Assembly (NCBI GenBank): GCA_038147085.1
Contig: JAYQSV010000001.1
Span: 608,841 to 672,840, forward strand
Direction of reading: 5' to 3'
Source of the DNA: Candidatus Actinomarina sp.
GTDB taxonomy: Bacteria; Actinomycetota; Acidimicrobiia; Actinomarinales; Actinomarinaceae
DNA length: 64,000 nucleotides
Shown one piece after another: positions 1 through 10,046 of this stretch (its first letter is position 1; each line of letters opens with the position of its first letter). A model generated the notes under the pieces. The model saw nothing but the letters and a program-made list of their open reading frames with translations. It searched no databases and was not told the origin of the DNA. The translations under genes were made by a program, and so were the position numbers.

Positions 1-144
1 TACAACTATATTCTTATAATCTGGATTTAGTTCTTTATAGATTTCAATTTCAAATCCGAGGCTTTCTAAAGCTTCAGAAATTTTATCATTAGAAATATCT
101 TCAAGATTTATCCAATCATTGAGCCAAGACTTAAGAATTTTCAT
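1..144 (-). CDS. pheT: Phenylalanine-tRNA ligase beta subunit, N-terminal part (runs off window)
   Basis: Manual translation gives MKILKSWLNDWINLEDISNDKISEALESLGFEIE, a typical PheT N-terminus. The ATG overlaps the pheS stop (TAATG). Confidence 0.93.
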   Translation of the reverse strand, partial: MKILKSWLNDWINLEDISNDKISEALESLGFEIEIYKELNPDYKNIVV

Positions 145-1136
145 TAAAACTGCCTTAGAAATCTAATATCGTTTTCATAAAAATTTTTAATATGATCAAT
201 TTTGTATCTAAGCATTGCTAGACGTTCTATACCAACACCCCAGGCAAATCCTTGGTATTCTTTATCATATCCAACATTATCTAAAACATTAGGGTCAACC
301 ATTCCACATCCAAGTATCTCTAACCATTCTCCATCATTCCATTTAACTAATACTTCCGCTGAAGGTTCAGTGAATGGAAAGAAATGAGGAATAAATTTTG
401 TTTCTATATTTGTTCCAAAAAATTGTTTAACAAAGTATTCAAGTGTTCCTTTGAGATCTGTAAAAGTTAAATTTTTATCAATAGCAAGTCCTTCTAATTG
501 GTGAAATACTGGTGAATGTGTTGCATCTAATTGGTCAGACCTAAACACTCTTCCCGGTGCAACAATATATACTGGTGGATTATTACTTTCCATGTGTCTA
601 ATTTGTACCGTACTTGTTTGAGTTCTCAATAATTTAGTTAAGTCTTTATTTAGATACAAAGTATCTGATTCGTATCTAGCAGGATGCCATTCAGGAGTGT
701 TCAATGCATCAAAATTATGCCATGAAGTTTCTGCTTCAGGTCCGTACTCTACTTTATAACCAATAGATGAAAATATCTCCACTACCTCTTCCATTACTGA
801 AGTCAGTACATGTTTGTATGTTCCAAAATCTTTTTGCCAATTTACGCTTACATCAAAAAACTGAGATTTTTCTAAATTTTCAAAATATTTATTTTTAAAA
901 GAGATATGAGATTTGGAAATTAATTCATTTATTTCGTTAGTAATATTTGTTAAAGTTTGGCCGTATCTTTTTTTATCTTCAGTAGATAAGTCTTTTAATT
1001 TCTTACGTTCTTCAGATAATAAAGAATCTTTACCTAAATATTCTTTAGAAATATTTTCAAAATCTTCTTCAGCTTTTACACTTTCTAATCTAAGTTTTAA
1101 AGAAGAAATAACTTTATCAAAATTTAATTCAGGCAT
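144..1136 (-). CDS. pheS: Phenylalanine-tRNA ligase alpha subunit
   Basis: Motifs NFDALN, LLRTQTS, PGRVFR, FHQLEG, FPFTEPS and GIERLAM. Confidence 0.98.
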   Translation of the reverse strand: MPELNFDKVISSLKLRLESVKAEEDFENISKEYLGKDSLLSEERKKLKDLSTEDKKRYGQTLTNITNEINELISKSHISFKNKYFENLEKSQFFDVSVNWQKDFGTYKHVLTSVMEEVVEIFSSIGYKVEYGPEAETSWHNFDALNTPEWHPARYESDTLYLNKDLTKLLRTQTSTVQIRHMESNNPPVYIVAPGRVFRSDQLDATHSPVFHQLEGLAIDKNLTFTDLKGTLEYFVKQFFGTNIETKFIPHFFPFTEPSAEVLVKWNDGEWLEILGCGMVDPNVLDNVGYDKEYQGFAWGVGIERLAMLRYKIDHIKNFYENDIRFLRQF

Positions 1137-1488
1137 CTAAATTTTTTTGTGCAACTTCTACAAGTTTTTTAAAACCACTTGGATCGTTAACAGCAATATC
1201 AGCAAGAATTTTTCTATCAACTTTTATTCCAGCTTTAGTAATACCGTTTATAAATTTTGAGTAACTCATACCATTCTGTCTAGATGCTGCATTGATTCTA
1301 GCTATCCAAAGTTTTCTAAAGTCTGATTTTTTATCTCTTCTGTGGGTAAATGCATCAGCACCTGCTTGCATTACCTGTTCTTTAGCAGCCCTAAGTCTTT
1401 TACTACGTGCACCAGTGTAACCTTTTGCACTCTTCATAGTTTTTTTTCTAGACTTTTTGCTATTTACAGATCTTTTTATTCTTACCAT
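1129..1488 (-). CDS. rplT: 50S ribosomal protein L20
   Basis: AKGYTGAR and FRKLWIARINAA; follows rpmI. Confidence 0.98.
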   Translation of the reverse strand: MVRIKRSVNSKKSRKKTMKSAKGYTGARSKRLRAAKEQVMQAGADAFTHRRDKKSDFRKLWIARINAASRQNGMSYSKFINGITKAGIKVDRKILADIAVNDPSGFKKLVEVAQKNLDA

Positions 1489-1490
1489 GA

Positions 1491-1679
1491 CTAACCTAAC
1501 AACTTTCTAATTTTTTTACTGTCACCTTTCGATGATTCAACATCTCTTTTAAGTCTCGCCCATGTTCCAGAACCTTTAGCTAATTTATAATGAGATCTAT
1601 GAGATCTTCTTCTCATAAATTTTCCAGTTCCAGTAACTCTAATTCTTTTAGACATACCTTTGTGTGTTTTATGTTTCAT
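1491..1679 (-). CDS. rpmI: 50S ribosomal protein L35
   Basis: MKHKTHKGMSKRIRVTGTGK; lies between infC and rplT. Confidence 0.97.
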   Translation of the reverse strand: MKHKTHKGMSKRIRVTGTGKFMRRRSHRSHYKLAKGSGTWARLKRDVESSKGDSKKIRKLLG

Positions 1680-2206
1680 TTCTTTCCTCCTAAAGGTGCT
1701 AAGACCATAGTTATTGATCTACCATCAGGCTGAGATGTAGATTCTACAGTTGAAATATCACTCAATTGATCTCTGAAGTTGTCTAATACTTTTTGACCAA
1801 ATTCAGGATGCTCTATTTCCCTTCCTCTAAACCTCAACGTAAACTTTACTTTATCCCCTTCTTTTAAAAATTTTGATGACTGATTCAACTTAATTTTAAA
1901 ATCATGTGAATTGATTTGAGCTTTAAGTTGAATCTCTTTGACGGAAATTTTAACTTGTTTCTTTTTAGATTCCTTAGCTTTTTGAGCTAACTCATATTTG
2001 TACTTACCGTAGTCCATTAATCTTGCTACAGGTGGTTTAGCTTCTGGTGAAATCTCAACAAGGTCTAAATTTAATTCATTTGCAATTACTAATGCTTTTT
2101 TGAGCTCAAGTACACCTATTTGTACTCCATCAGGTGCTATAACTCTTAACTCTTTAGATTTTATTCCATCATTGATTTTTAATTCTGGTATTTTATCCCC
2201 TTTCAT
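1676..2206 (-). CDS. infC: Translation initiation factor IF-3 (true start probably ATA at 2191)
   Basis: LDLVEISPEAKPPVARLMDYGKYKYE and FRGRE. An SD-like AAGGGG lies 5 nt before an in-frame ATA. Confidence 0.97.
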   Translation of the reverse strand: MKGDKIPELKINDGIKSKELRVIAPDGVQIGVLELKKALVIANELNLDLVEISPEAKPPVARLMDYGKYKYELAQKAKESKKKQVKISVKEIQLKAQINSHDFKIKLNQSSKFLKEGDKVKFTLRFRGREIEHPEFGQKVLDNFRDQLSDISTVESTSQPDGRSITMVLAPLGGKK

Positions 2207-2276
2207 AAAAAAAACAGCACGAGGCTGTTCATATTTACCTTACTATTATTCACAGTAGGTGGAACATTGTTCGCTT
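2207..2276 (-). promoter_or_regulatory. L20-type ribosomal protein leader / attenuator upstream of infC
   Basis: Minus strand reads AAGCGAACAATGTTCCACC...AACAGCCTCGTGCTGTTTTTTTT, with a 5' hairpin and a terminator-like stem plus U tract. A TATAAT -10 lies at 2283-2288. Confidence 0.6.
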
Positions 2277-2301
2277 AATTAAATTATACAATAATAAATT
2301 A

Positions 2302-2706
2302 TTAAGTATTAATAAAAAGTTTGTTTAAAGATAGTGCCGCTTCAGAGCCTTTATTGTTAGTACTGCCTGCTCTTTTTTCAGCCTGAGCAAGATCTAAAAC
2401 ATTTAAAACACAGTTTGCAATATAAACATTTTTTGAAATAATTGTATTCATTAACCCACTTGAAACACTCGAAGAAATATATTCATAATGATCAGTGTCT
2501 CCTTTGCAAATAACTCCAATAGCAATAAATTTATTAATTTTTTCAACTTCAATTAAGTCATTTATTTTATACACAAGTTCCCACGCACCAGACACCTCAT
2601 AGACTTGTTTACTAAAATTTTCATCCAAAGTTTTATGAACACCACTTAATAAACCAGAAGTAATTTCTGGATAATAATTAGCAACAACTATGCCAACTTT
2701 ATTCAT
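2302..2706 (-). CDS. ribH: 6,7-dimethyl-8-ribityllumazine synthase
   Basis: VSGAWEL, IGVICKGDTDHYEYI and NKGSEAA. Confidence 0.95.
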   Translation of the reverse strand: MNKVGIVVANYYPEITSGLLSGVHKTLDENFSKQVYEVSGAWELVYKINDLIEVEKINKFIAIGVICKGDTDHYEYISSSVSSGLMNTIISKNVYIANCVLNVLDLAQAEKRAGSTNNKGSEAALSLNKLFINT

Positions 2707-3901
2707 TAGAAAAATTGTGTCCCATTTTATCCTGTTTTGTTTCTAAATACTTTATATTATCTGGTGTCGTAGTTCCTATGAGCGGAGTTCTTTTTACAAT
2801 TTCTAAGCCATATCCTTCAAGGCCAGCTCTTTTAGATGGGTTATTAGTTAATAAATTCATTTTTTCAATACCAAGGCTCCTCAGAATTAGAGCTCCAGTT
2901 CCATAGTCTCTTTGGTCGTTTTTAAATCCTAATTTAATATTCGCATCAACTGTATCATCACCTTGATCTTGTAAAGAATATGCTTTTATTTTATTTCCAA
3001 GTCCTATGCCTCTGCCTTCATGACCACGCATGTAAAGTAATACACCACTATCATTTTCAACAATCATTTTTAACGCATTTTCTAATTGAGAACCACAATC
3101 ACATTTATTTGAAAATAGTGTGTCACCAGTTAAACATTCAGAATGAACACGTACCATAGTTTCATTACCATTCAGAAAATCACCATATGTTAATGCCATA
3201 TGTTCAGTGTTATCATTTGCGTCTTTAAAAACATGCCCCGTAAAATTTCCAAATTTTGTAGGTATATTTGCTTTTGAAATAAATTCAACTGGATTTGAGT
3301 TATTTAACTTGTAATGTATCAAGTCTTTTATCGTTCCAATTTTTAAATTATGGTTGTTTGCAAATTTAATTAAATCATCCAATCTTGCCATGGTTCCATC
3401 TTCATTTATAATTTCACAAATTACTGCAACAGGTTCATGATTAGAGAGGTAACATAACTCTACTGCTGCTTCTGTATGGCCAGCTCTTCTTAAAACTCCT
3501 CCATCCATAGCTTGCAGTGGAAAAATATGTCCCGGAACATTAAATGAATTTCTAGTTGATTCCTCATTTAGCAAACCTTTAATTGTCAAATACCTGTCTT
3601 TAGCTGATATCCCAGTGGTAACTTCAGAATCTTTTAGATCAACAGATGCTGTATATGGAGTTTGCAATTCGTTATTCACACCTTGCATTAAAGGTAATTT
3701 AAGCCTTTTTGCAATTTTAGAAGAAATTGGAGCACAAACTAAACCTTTACCATAAGTTATCATAAAATTGATATGTTCTGGAGTTAAATGGGTAGCTGAA
3801 ACAACTAGGTCTCCTTCATTTTCTCTTTCTTCATCATCAACTAAAATGATCATTTCACCATGACTAAATGATTTAATAATTGATTCAATTTCAGTTATCA
3901 T
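2699..3901 (-). CDS. ribBA: Bifunctional DHBP synthase / GTP cyclohydrolase II
   Basis: DDEERENEGD, RRAGHTEA, RVHSECLTGD, CDCG and EGRGIGL. Confidence 0.98.
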   Translation of the reverse strand: MITEIESIIKSFSHGEMIILVDDEERENEGDLVVSATHLTPEHINFMITYGKGLVCAPISSKIAKRLKLPLMQGVNNELQTPYTASVDLKDSEVTTGISAKDRYLTIKGLLNEESTRNSFNVPGHIFPLQAMDGGVLRRAGHTEAAVELCYLSNHEPVAVICEIINEDGTMARLDDLIKFANNHNLKIGTIKDLIHYKLNNSNPVEFISKANIPTKFGNFTGHVFKDANDNTEHMALTYGDFLNGNETMVRVHSECLTGDTLFSNKCDCGSQLENALKMIVENDSGVLLYMRGHEGRGIGLGNKIKAYSLQDQGDDTVDANIKLGFKNDQRDYGTGALILRSLGIEKMNLLTNNPSKRAGLEGYGLEIVKRTPLIGTTTPDNIKYLETKQDKMGHNFSNE

Positions 3902-4469
3902 TTTGCAATTTTTCCAAATATTTTATTATTATGTCGTATTCAACGTTAACAACATCATTAACTTTCAGGTATTGTAAATTAGTTTTTTTATAAGTCTCAT
4001 TGATTACAGCAACAGAAAATTCATTATTACTTGGATTAACAACAGTCAAAGATATTCCATTTAAAGTTATAGAGCCTTTATCTACAATATATTTGATATT
4101 ATTATTTTCAAATTTAAAAGTCCAAGTTTCATTGCCATGTTCTAATATATCTAAAATTTTTGTTGTACTGTCGATATGACCTTGCACAATATGACCGCTC
4201 ATAAGTGAATTAGGAGTCAACGGCAGCTCTAAATTAACATATCCACAATGATTTTTATTTAATGAAGTTCTATTAAATGTTTCTTCTGAAATCTGAAAGG
4301 ATATGGAAGCTTCATCATCACCTATTAATGTTAAGCAACAACCATCAACAGCAATGCTTGTACCAATTTCTAAATTTCTGAAGTTTGTATTATTTGTCTC
4401 AATGGTTAATACATTTTCACTAATTTTTTTTATTTTTCCAATTGATGATATTATTCCAGTGAACATCAA
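3891..4469 (-). CDS. ribE: Riboflavin synthase (alpha chain)
   Basis: MFTGII, SIAVDGCCLT, GHIVQGHID and GISLTV. Confidence 0.96.
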   Translation of the reverse strand: MMFTGIISSIGKIKKISENVLTIETNNTNFRNLEIGTSIAVDGCCLTLIGDDEASISFQISEETFNRTSLNKNHCGYVNLELPLTPNSLMSGHIVQGHIDSTTKILDILEHGNETWTFKFENNNIKYIVDKGSITLNGISLTVVNPSNNEFSVAVINETYKKTNLQYLKVNDVVNVEYDIIIKYLEKLQNDN

Positions 4470-5521
4470 TATCTAGTATAAATATTTAGAATATTATCAT
4501 TAAGACTAAATTCTTTATTTGAATAATTTTCTCCATTTAAAATATTTATTTTATCTGTAGCTTTTAAACCTTCAATTAAGTTGTTTTTAGACCTAAATAA
4601 ATAAAAATTATCATAATAATCGTTTTCAATAAAATATTTATGTACTTTATTACCACCTTCTATTAACACAGAAAAATTATTAATATCAGTAAAAAAGTTA
4701 TTGATACTTTGAAAATTTATTTTTCCTAAATTTATAACGTTTTTATATCCATCTATTGAAAAATCAGTCAGAAAAATAAAATCTTCACGTAAAAAATTTT
4801 TAATATTTTTGTCACTACCCCAAAGAATAAATTTAATAGGGTCTAGATTATTTGTTTTGTTTTGAATTAAACGAGTATCTAATAATGGTTTATCAATAAT
4901 AAATGTGTTTTTACCAATTAAGATTGAATTATAATTAGCTCTTAAAACATGAGTTAGTAATAAAGATTCTTCGTTCGAAATATATTTATTTTTATTTGAA
5001 TAAATAAAATTATCTTTACTGAGTGCTAATTTACCTGTATAAGTTACTTTTAAATTTTTAATTTTTTGATTTAAATAATGAGGGTTTAATAATTGATGTA
5101 CTCCTTCAATTAATTTTATAGATACTGAGTTTTGTTTTAGTTTATTTATGCTTTTTCCATTTGTTCTACTGTCGACATCAATACCTCCATAATAAATATT
5201 TTTGACACCTTTTTTAATTATTTCATCAGCACATGATGGCGAAGTATCACTGTGAAAACATGGTTCTAATGTAACAAACAAAATATCATTATTTTCAACT
5301 TTGACATTCTTTAACACCTCAATTTCTGCATGAGGTTTACCTGGACCTTTATGAAAGCCTGTTGCTTTAATATTAAAATATTGATCTGTTAAAACAGCAC
5401 CAACTTTTGGATTAGGAAATGGTTTAGAATCAAGTGCCAATTTAAAAGCTTCAATCATCGCATCAGGATAATTAAAACATTTCAATGCTTTATCCAAAAA
5501 TCGCACCACCTTGAACAACAA
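4466..5521 (-). CDS. ribD: Riboflavin deaminase/reductase RibD (true start probably slightly downstream of 5521)
   Basis: PNPKVGAV, HAE, TLEPC..H....PSC and LIEGG; sits in the rib cluster. Confidence 0.92.
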   Translation of the reverse strand: MLFKVVRFLDKALKCFNYPDAMIEAFKLALDSKPFPNPKVGAVLTDQYFNIKATGFHKGPGKPHAEIEVLKNVKVENNDILFVTLEPCFHSDTSPSCADEIIKKGVKNIYYGGIDVDSRTNGKSINKLKQNSVSIKLIEGVHQLLNPHYLNQKIKNLKVTYTGKLALSKDNFIYSNKNKYISNEESLLLTHVLRANYNSILIGKNTFIIDKPLLDTRLIQNKTNNLDPIKFILWGSDKNIKNFLREDFIFLTDFSIDGYKNVINLGKINFQSINNFFTDINNFSVLIEGGNKVHKYFIENDYYDNFYLFRSKNNLIEGLKATDKINILNGENYSNKEFSLNDNILNIYTRY

Positions 5522-6077
5522 TATCTATGCCTAAACTTTTAGTTTCTAGTAGCTTTTCGTAAGTAATTCCACCGTCTAAAACAAGCAATCCTGAATAATC
5601 TTTATATTCATTTTTAAAATGTCTTGCTTTATCAAGTAAGTCAACTGACTGTTTTTGATTTGAATAACCAGGGTTGACCCCAAGTAGTAAAACAGCTTTA
5701 GCATACTTCAAGTAATCTTTAAGCGATTCATTTTGAGTATTCGGTAATGTAGCAATACCTAGCTGAGGGAAGTTATTTTGAAATTCAATAAAGCTGTCTA
5801 ATGTTGTAGATTCTTGGTGTACGTAGACTAAATCAGCACCATTCTCAAAAGCAACTTTTATAAATTTTTCGTTGTTATCGAGCATAAGGTGAACATCAAC
5901 TTTGTAATCAGTGTTTTTCTTAATTAAACTAATGTGGTTAAAAGACATGCTTATATTGTTGGTAAAGTGTCCGTCTGTAATATCAATATGTACTTGATCA
6001 AATTTATGTTTGTTTTTATTAATTTCTTCTAATAGAAATAACTGATTAGCAGCTTGTATGCTAGCTGAAATTATCAT
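5490..6077 (-). CDS. rpe: Ribulose-phosphate 3-epimerase
   Basis: HIDITDGHF, DVHLM, VNPG and DGGI. Confidence 0.93.
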   Translation of the reverse strand: MIISASIQAANQLFLLEEINKNKHKFDQVHIDITDGHFTNNISMSFNHISLIKKNTDYKVDVHLMLDNNEKFIKVAFENGADLVYVHQESTTLDSFIEFQNNFPQLGIATLPNTQNESLKDYLKYAKAVLLLGVNPGYSNQKQSVDLLDKARHFKNEYKDYSGLLVLDGGITYEKLLETKSLGIDIVVQGGAIFG

Positions 6078-6889
6078 CTAAGACCTCTTATATAATCTTG
6101 AAATTCCATTCTTTTTTTTCCTTCTGGGGTAACTTCCTTTGGGTATATAATCCCATCAATTAATTCTATACCTGGAGTATTTTCATCTAGAAAGTAGTTA
6201 TGTATTTTTATGACTTTATCATAATATTTTATAAATGCAGGTCCTATAACATCAAAAGCGCGAATATTTTTTTTTGCTTCAAATAGAGTTAAACCTGTAA
6301 TATCGAAATCATTTTTTGAAAATTTATAAGTTAATGTGACATTATTACTTTGTTTTTGTAATTTTGAATTAAAGTCAATTGAAGAAATGTTCTCTTCAAA
6401 ATGGTTATATATTTTTGTATAAATTTCTGAAGCATAGATTTCTTTACTTATGTCTAATTTATGTTGATATAAAATATTTCCAGTATCAACTCCTTCATCA
6501 ATCTTGAAAATTGTGTATCCACAGTGCATAAAATTATTTAAAATAGTATGTTCTACAGGGGTTGGCCCTCTTAACTCAGGAAGATAGCTTAGATGAATAT
6601 TATATAATTTTTTATGATTCTTAAGGAAATTTTTGTTAAAAATCTTTGCGAAACTAGCAACAATACCATATTGAAAATCGTCTAGAAACATATCATCAGA
6701 AAAATATTTAAAATCTATTTTGTTTTTCTTTGCAAAATCTTCAACGGGATTTGATTTTAATTTCCTTCCCCTGCCTTGTTTTTTAGGTTTTAAAGTAACA
6801 ACTTTTATATTTTTATCTATTTTGAATAAACTTTCCAGAAAAGGTACGCTTCGTATATCAGAACCAAAGAAGTATTTATATTTGTTCAC
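6074..6889 (-). CDS. fmt: Methionyl-tRNA formyltransferase
   Basis: GRGRKL, NIHLSYLPELRGPTP and GVDTG; adjacent to def. Confidence 0.93.
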   Translation of the reverse strand: MNKYKYFFGSDIRSVPFLESLFKIDKNIKVVTLKPKKQGRGRKLKSNPVEDFAKKNKIDFKYFSDDMFLDDFQYGIVASFAKIFNKNFLKNHKKLYNIHLSYLPELRGPTPVEHTILNNFMHCGYTIFKIDEGVDTGNILYQHKLDISKEIYASEIYTKIYNHFEENISSIDFNSKLQKQSNNVTLTYKFSKNDFDITGLTLFEAKKNIRAFDVIGPAFIKYYDKVIKIHNYFLDENTPGIELIDGIIYPKEVTPEGKKRMEFQDYIRGLR

Positions 6890-7370
6890 CTGGAAATCCT
6901 TTTATAGATATTTCTTTTAGAGCAAGTTTCCTTTCTTTTCTTTTCAAACAACTTATTAATAATTTACCGTTTAAATGATCGTATTCATGTTGAAGTACCC
7001 TACCTAAAAGATCATCACCTTCATAAACAACTTTTTCATTTTTTTCATTTAAACATGAAATTTTTGCATATTCATATCTTTCTATATCCCAGTAGTATCC
7101 AGGTAAAGACAAACATCCTTCCATAAATATTACGTCACCACTAACTTCTTCAAGTACAGGATTTATAGCAACTTTAGGACCATCGCCTGCATCAAAAACA
7201 AATATATTTTTATTTATACCAATTTGAGGAGCAGCTAACCCAACCCCTGGAGCTTCATACATGATTTTTATCATCTTTTTTGATAAGTTAATTATGTAAT
7301 CATCAATAACATCAATATCAGATGATTTATGTGTTAGAGAAGGATGACCAAAAATTACTATTTCACTCAT
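6876..7370 (-). CDS. def: Peptide deformylase
   Basis: GVGLAAPQIG, EGCLS and QHEYDHLNG. Confidence 0.98.
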   Translation of the reverse strand: MSEIVIFGHPSLTHKSSDIDVIDDYIINLSKKMIKIMYEAPGVGLAAPQIGINKNIFVFDAGDGPKVAINPVLEEVSGDVIFMEGCLSLPGYYWDIERYEYAKISCLNEKNEKVVYEGDDLLGRVLQHEYDHLNGKLLISCLKRKERKLALKEISIKGFPGEQI

Positions 7371-8707
7371 AAATGTTTAACTCTCTTTACTTCATAATCA
7401 GTTAATTTTGAAAAAATATCGATAGTTTCTAAATATTTTACTTTATTTAACTTCAAATGTAATTCATAAAAATATTCACCATTATCAGAAATTGGACCTA
7501 GCAACTTACCATCTAAGTTATTTTTTATTTGTTCAGTTGCTCTAATTGAAAAAATTTTCAATAATAGATTCGGTCCATATTTTTTTCTAATATCTATTTC
7601 CTTATCAACCCATTTTTGAAAATTTGAACTGTTTAATGATTTATTAATATCTATTTCTTTATTAGAAATAACAAAAATAGACAATTTATTTAGTGTAAAG
7701 TAATTCAACAATCTTAAGAGATAAATTAATCTACTGGAATCTAGTAAATTGTTTCTTGCTATCTTAGGGTTTACTATAATAAGTGCTTCAATTTCCTTGT
7801 TTGAGATATCGGTCAATCTATTGTATGAACTTGGATGATCAAATTCTTCATTAGAATAATAATTCAATTTTTTATATTTATTAAATAGTAAGTGAAAAGA
7901 ATTTTTGATAGAACTTGAAATAAAATATTTAATTTCATAATTGAATACGTTAGTTAATTTGGGTTTTCTATTATCGAATTCAAGATTTTGAAATTCATTT
8001 AAGAAGTAAAAATTACCTCCAAAAATGTTGTTTTTTAGATAAGCTGATTCAATAATATTTAACTGATTTAATTTTGGTAATTTAAATGTAGCTGAATTTG
8101 AATCATAAAAAAAATAACCAGTATCATTCACAATATTTATTTTTTCAAAATTATTTGAAAGTAAAATTACTAATTTATAATCTTTAATCAAAAAAAATTG
8201 TTCTATTTCTTCCTTTCCACCTGTTTTTTGATAAAAGGAAATAGAGATTTTATTTTTTAAAGTGTTATAAATATTTGAGATTTCTTTAAGGGATGATGCA
8301 AAAATAATATTCTTCCTAAATTTGAAATTCATTTCATTTAATTGATTCAAGTTTAAATTTTCAATATTTTTTCTTTCCAAAATATTTTGCTTATTGAATG
8401 TTTCAATATTAATTAAATTATGTATAACAATTCCAATATTTATGTAATTTGATAATGCTAAATATTTAAGATATTCAAGTTTCTTTTGATCAAATGTAAT
8501 ATCAGTAAATTTAAGAATTTCGTTTAATTTTGATAATGAAGTACTTTGTTTTATTTCTAAAACAATCGCACTATAAATCTTGTTTCTAAATTTAACCTCA
8601 ACTATTGAGCCAATTTGTATTTTATTTAAAAAATTACTAGGAATAGAGTATGTAAATAATTTAAATTTATAAGTATTGTTTGAAATAAGTTCAACATCAG
8701 CATACAT
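7367..8707 (-). CDS. priA: Highly degenerate primosomal protein N' (PriA)-like protein
   Basis: N-terminal 3'-DNA-binding-domain pattern FTYSIP...IGSIVEVKFRNK and C-terminal IRKKYGP...LLGP; lies between coaBC and def. No Walker A, DEAH or CxxC motifs. Confidence 0.7.
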   Translation of the reverse strand: MYADVELISNNTYKFKLFTYSIPSNFLNKIQIGSIVEVKFRNKIYSAIVLEIKQSTSLSKLNEILKFTDITFDQKKLEYLKYLALSNYINIGIVIHNLINIETFNKQNILERKNIENLNLNQLNEMNFKFRKNIIFASSLKEISNIYNTLKNKISISFYQKTGGKEEIEQFFLIKDYKLVILLSNNFEKINIVNDTGYFFYDSNSATFKLPKLNQLNIIESAYLKNNIFGGNFYFLNEFQNLEFDNRKPKLTNVFNYEIKYFISSSIKNSFHLLFNKYKKLNYYSNEEFDHPSSYNRLTDISNKEIEALIIVNPKIARNNLLDSSRLIYLLRLLNYFTLNKLSIFVISNKEIDINKSLNSSNFQKWVDKEIDIRKKYGPNLLLKIFSIRATEQIKNNLDGKLLGPISDNGEYFYELHLKLNKVKYLETIDIFSKLTDYEVKRVKHL

Positions 8708-9819
8708 TATTTAATTATTGTATCAATTAACAATTTAGCTATTTCATTTTTATTAAGTGTCTCTGTTACTAGTAACGTTTCATTTTTATTAATGACTGTT
8801 ACTTGGTTATTAGTAGATCCAAATGGATTTTGTAATATATTATTAATAACTAAATAGTCAATATTCTTTTTGCGTAACTTTGCAAAATTTAATTCATTGT
8901 CTACCTGTGCAGAAAATCCAATTGTTATAAGTTTAGGAAATTTTTCCTTAATTGTTTTAACAACATCTACATTAGGATTAAGTAGTAAATTATAGGGACC
9001 ATCGTCTCGACTTATTTTTCCTTGTGTTTTTTCAACTATAAAATCAGATACTGCTGCAGTCATAAATAAATATTTTGAATTTAGAGATTCTGATTCAATA
9101 ATTTCTAACAATGAATGAGAATCAGTAAATGGAACATTCTTAGCATGCGGTAAAGATTCAATTTTTGAAGAGTGAATGTAAACAACTTCGTAACCTCGAG
9201 CTAATAATTCTAAGGCAATAGCTCTACCCTGCTTACCAGATGAGTTATTAGATATTATTTTTACATCATCAATATTTTCTATAGTCGGTCCAGATGTTAT
9301 TAAAATTTTTTCTTTCGACTGTGATATTATTTCGTTAATTTCAATAGGTTCAATTAACCTTCCTTCACCACTATCACCAATATCTAATGATCCGTATCTA
9401 GGACCAATAATCAAATTGTTTTTACTTAATTTAGAAACACTATTTTGAATTAATGGGTTTGTATACATTTCTTCATGCATAGCTGGAGCAATATAGACTG
9501 GTTTTTTATACATTAAGAAAGTCGAAGTTAAAAGGTCATCAGCTATACCACTTGCGAGTTTGGAAATTAAATTTGCTGAAGCAGGATATATAAGGAAAAT
9601 ATCGGCCCATCTAGCTAACTCAATATGAGGAGATCCCGAAGTATCAGACCAATCTGAAAATGGTTTATTTTCTTTAATAAATTCTTTACTTAAATATTTA
9701 AGACCGCTGTAAGTAGATATAAATTTAAAATTGAAATATTTTGAATATTCTTTATAGAAAATTTCAGATTTAGAACATGCAACACTACCCGATAGTCCAA
9801 GTAGTATATTTTTGTTCAT
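8707..9819 (-). CDS. coaBC: Phosphopantothenoylcysteine decarboxylase/synthetase
   Basis: HIELARWAD, APAMH, ITSGPT.E.ID and NNSSGKQG. Confidence 0.96.
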   Translation of the reverse strand: MNKNILLGLSGSVACSKSEIFYKEYSKYFNFKFISTYSGLKYLSKEFIKENKPFSDWSDTSGSPHIELARWADIFLIYPASANLISKLASGIADDLLTSTFLMYKKPVYIAPAMHEEMYTNPLIQNSVSKLSKNNLIIGPRYGSLDIGDSGEGRLIEPIEINEIISQSKEKILITSGPTIENIDDVKIISNNSSGKQGRAIALELLARGYEVVYIHSSKIESLPHAKNVPFTDSHSLLEIIESESLNSKYLFMTAAVSDFIVEKTQGKISRDDGPYNLLLNPNVDVVKTIKEKFPKLITIGFSAQVDNELNFAKLRKKNIDYLVINNILQNPFGSTNNQVTVINKNETLLVTETLNKNEIAKLLIDTIIK

Positions 9820-10046
9820 TAACTTTTTTCTGAAACTTCAACCTTTCCTGCAGCTATTTCTTCAAATGCAACAGTAAGTGGTTTTCTACTTAAACTTTGA
9901 ACTTGCGGTGGTGTATAAGCACCGATACCTTCTCCAAGTTGGTTAAAGTATGAATTAATATCTCTTGCTCTACGCGCAGCAGTTATAACTAAAGCAAATC
10001 TACCAGGTGTTTGTTCTAAAAGTTCTTCAATAGGTGGTTTAATCAT
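9819..10046 (-). CDS. rpoZ: RNA polymerase omega subunit
   Basis: PPIEELL, ALVITAARRARDINSYFNQLGEG and KPLTVAFEEI, the actinobacterial type. Confidence 0.96.
   Translation of the reverse strand: MIKPPIEELLEQTPGRFALVITAARRARDINSYFNQLGEGIGAYTPPQVQSLSRKPLTVAFEEIAAGKVEVSEKS

Noticed and set aside
5521-6100. FMN riboswitch upstream of rib genes
   Set aside because: ribD overlaps rpe, leaving no non-coding space, and no RFN motif is visible.
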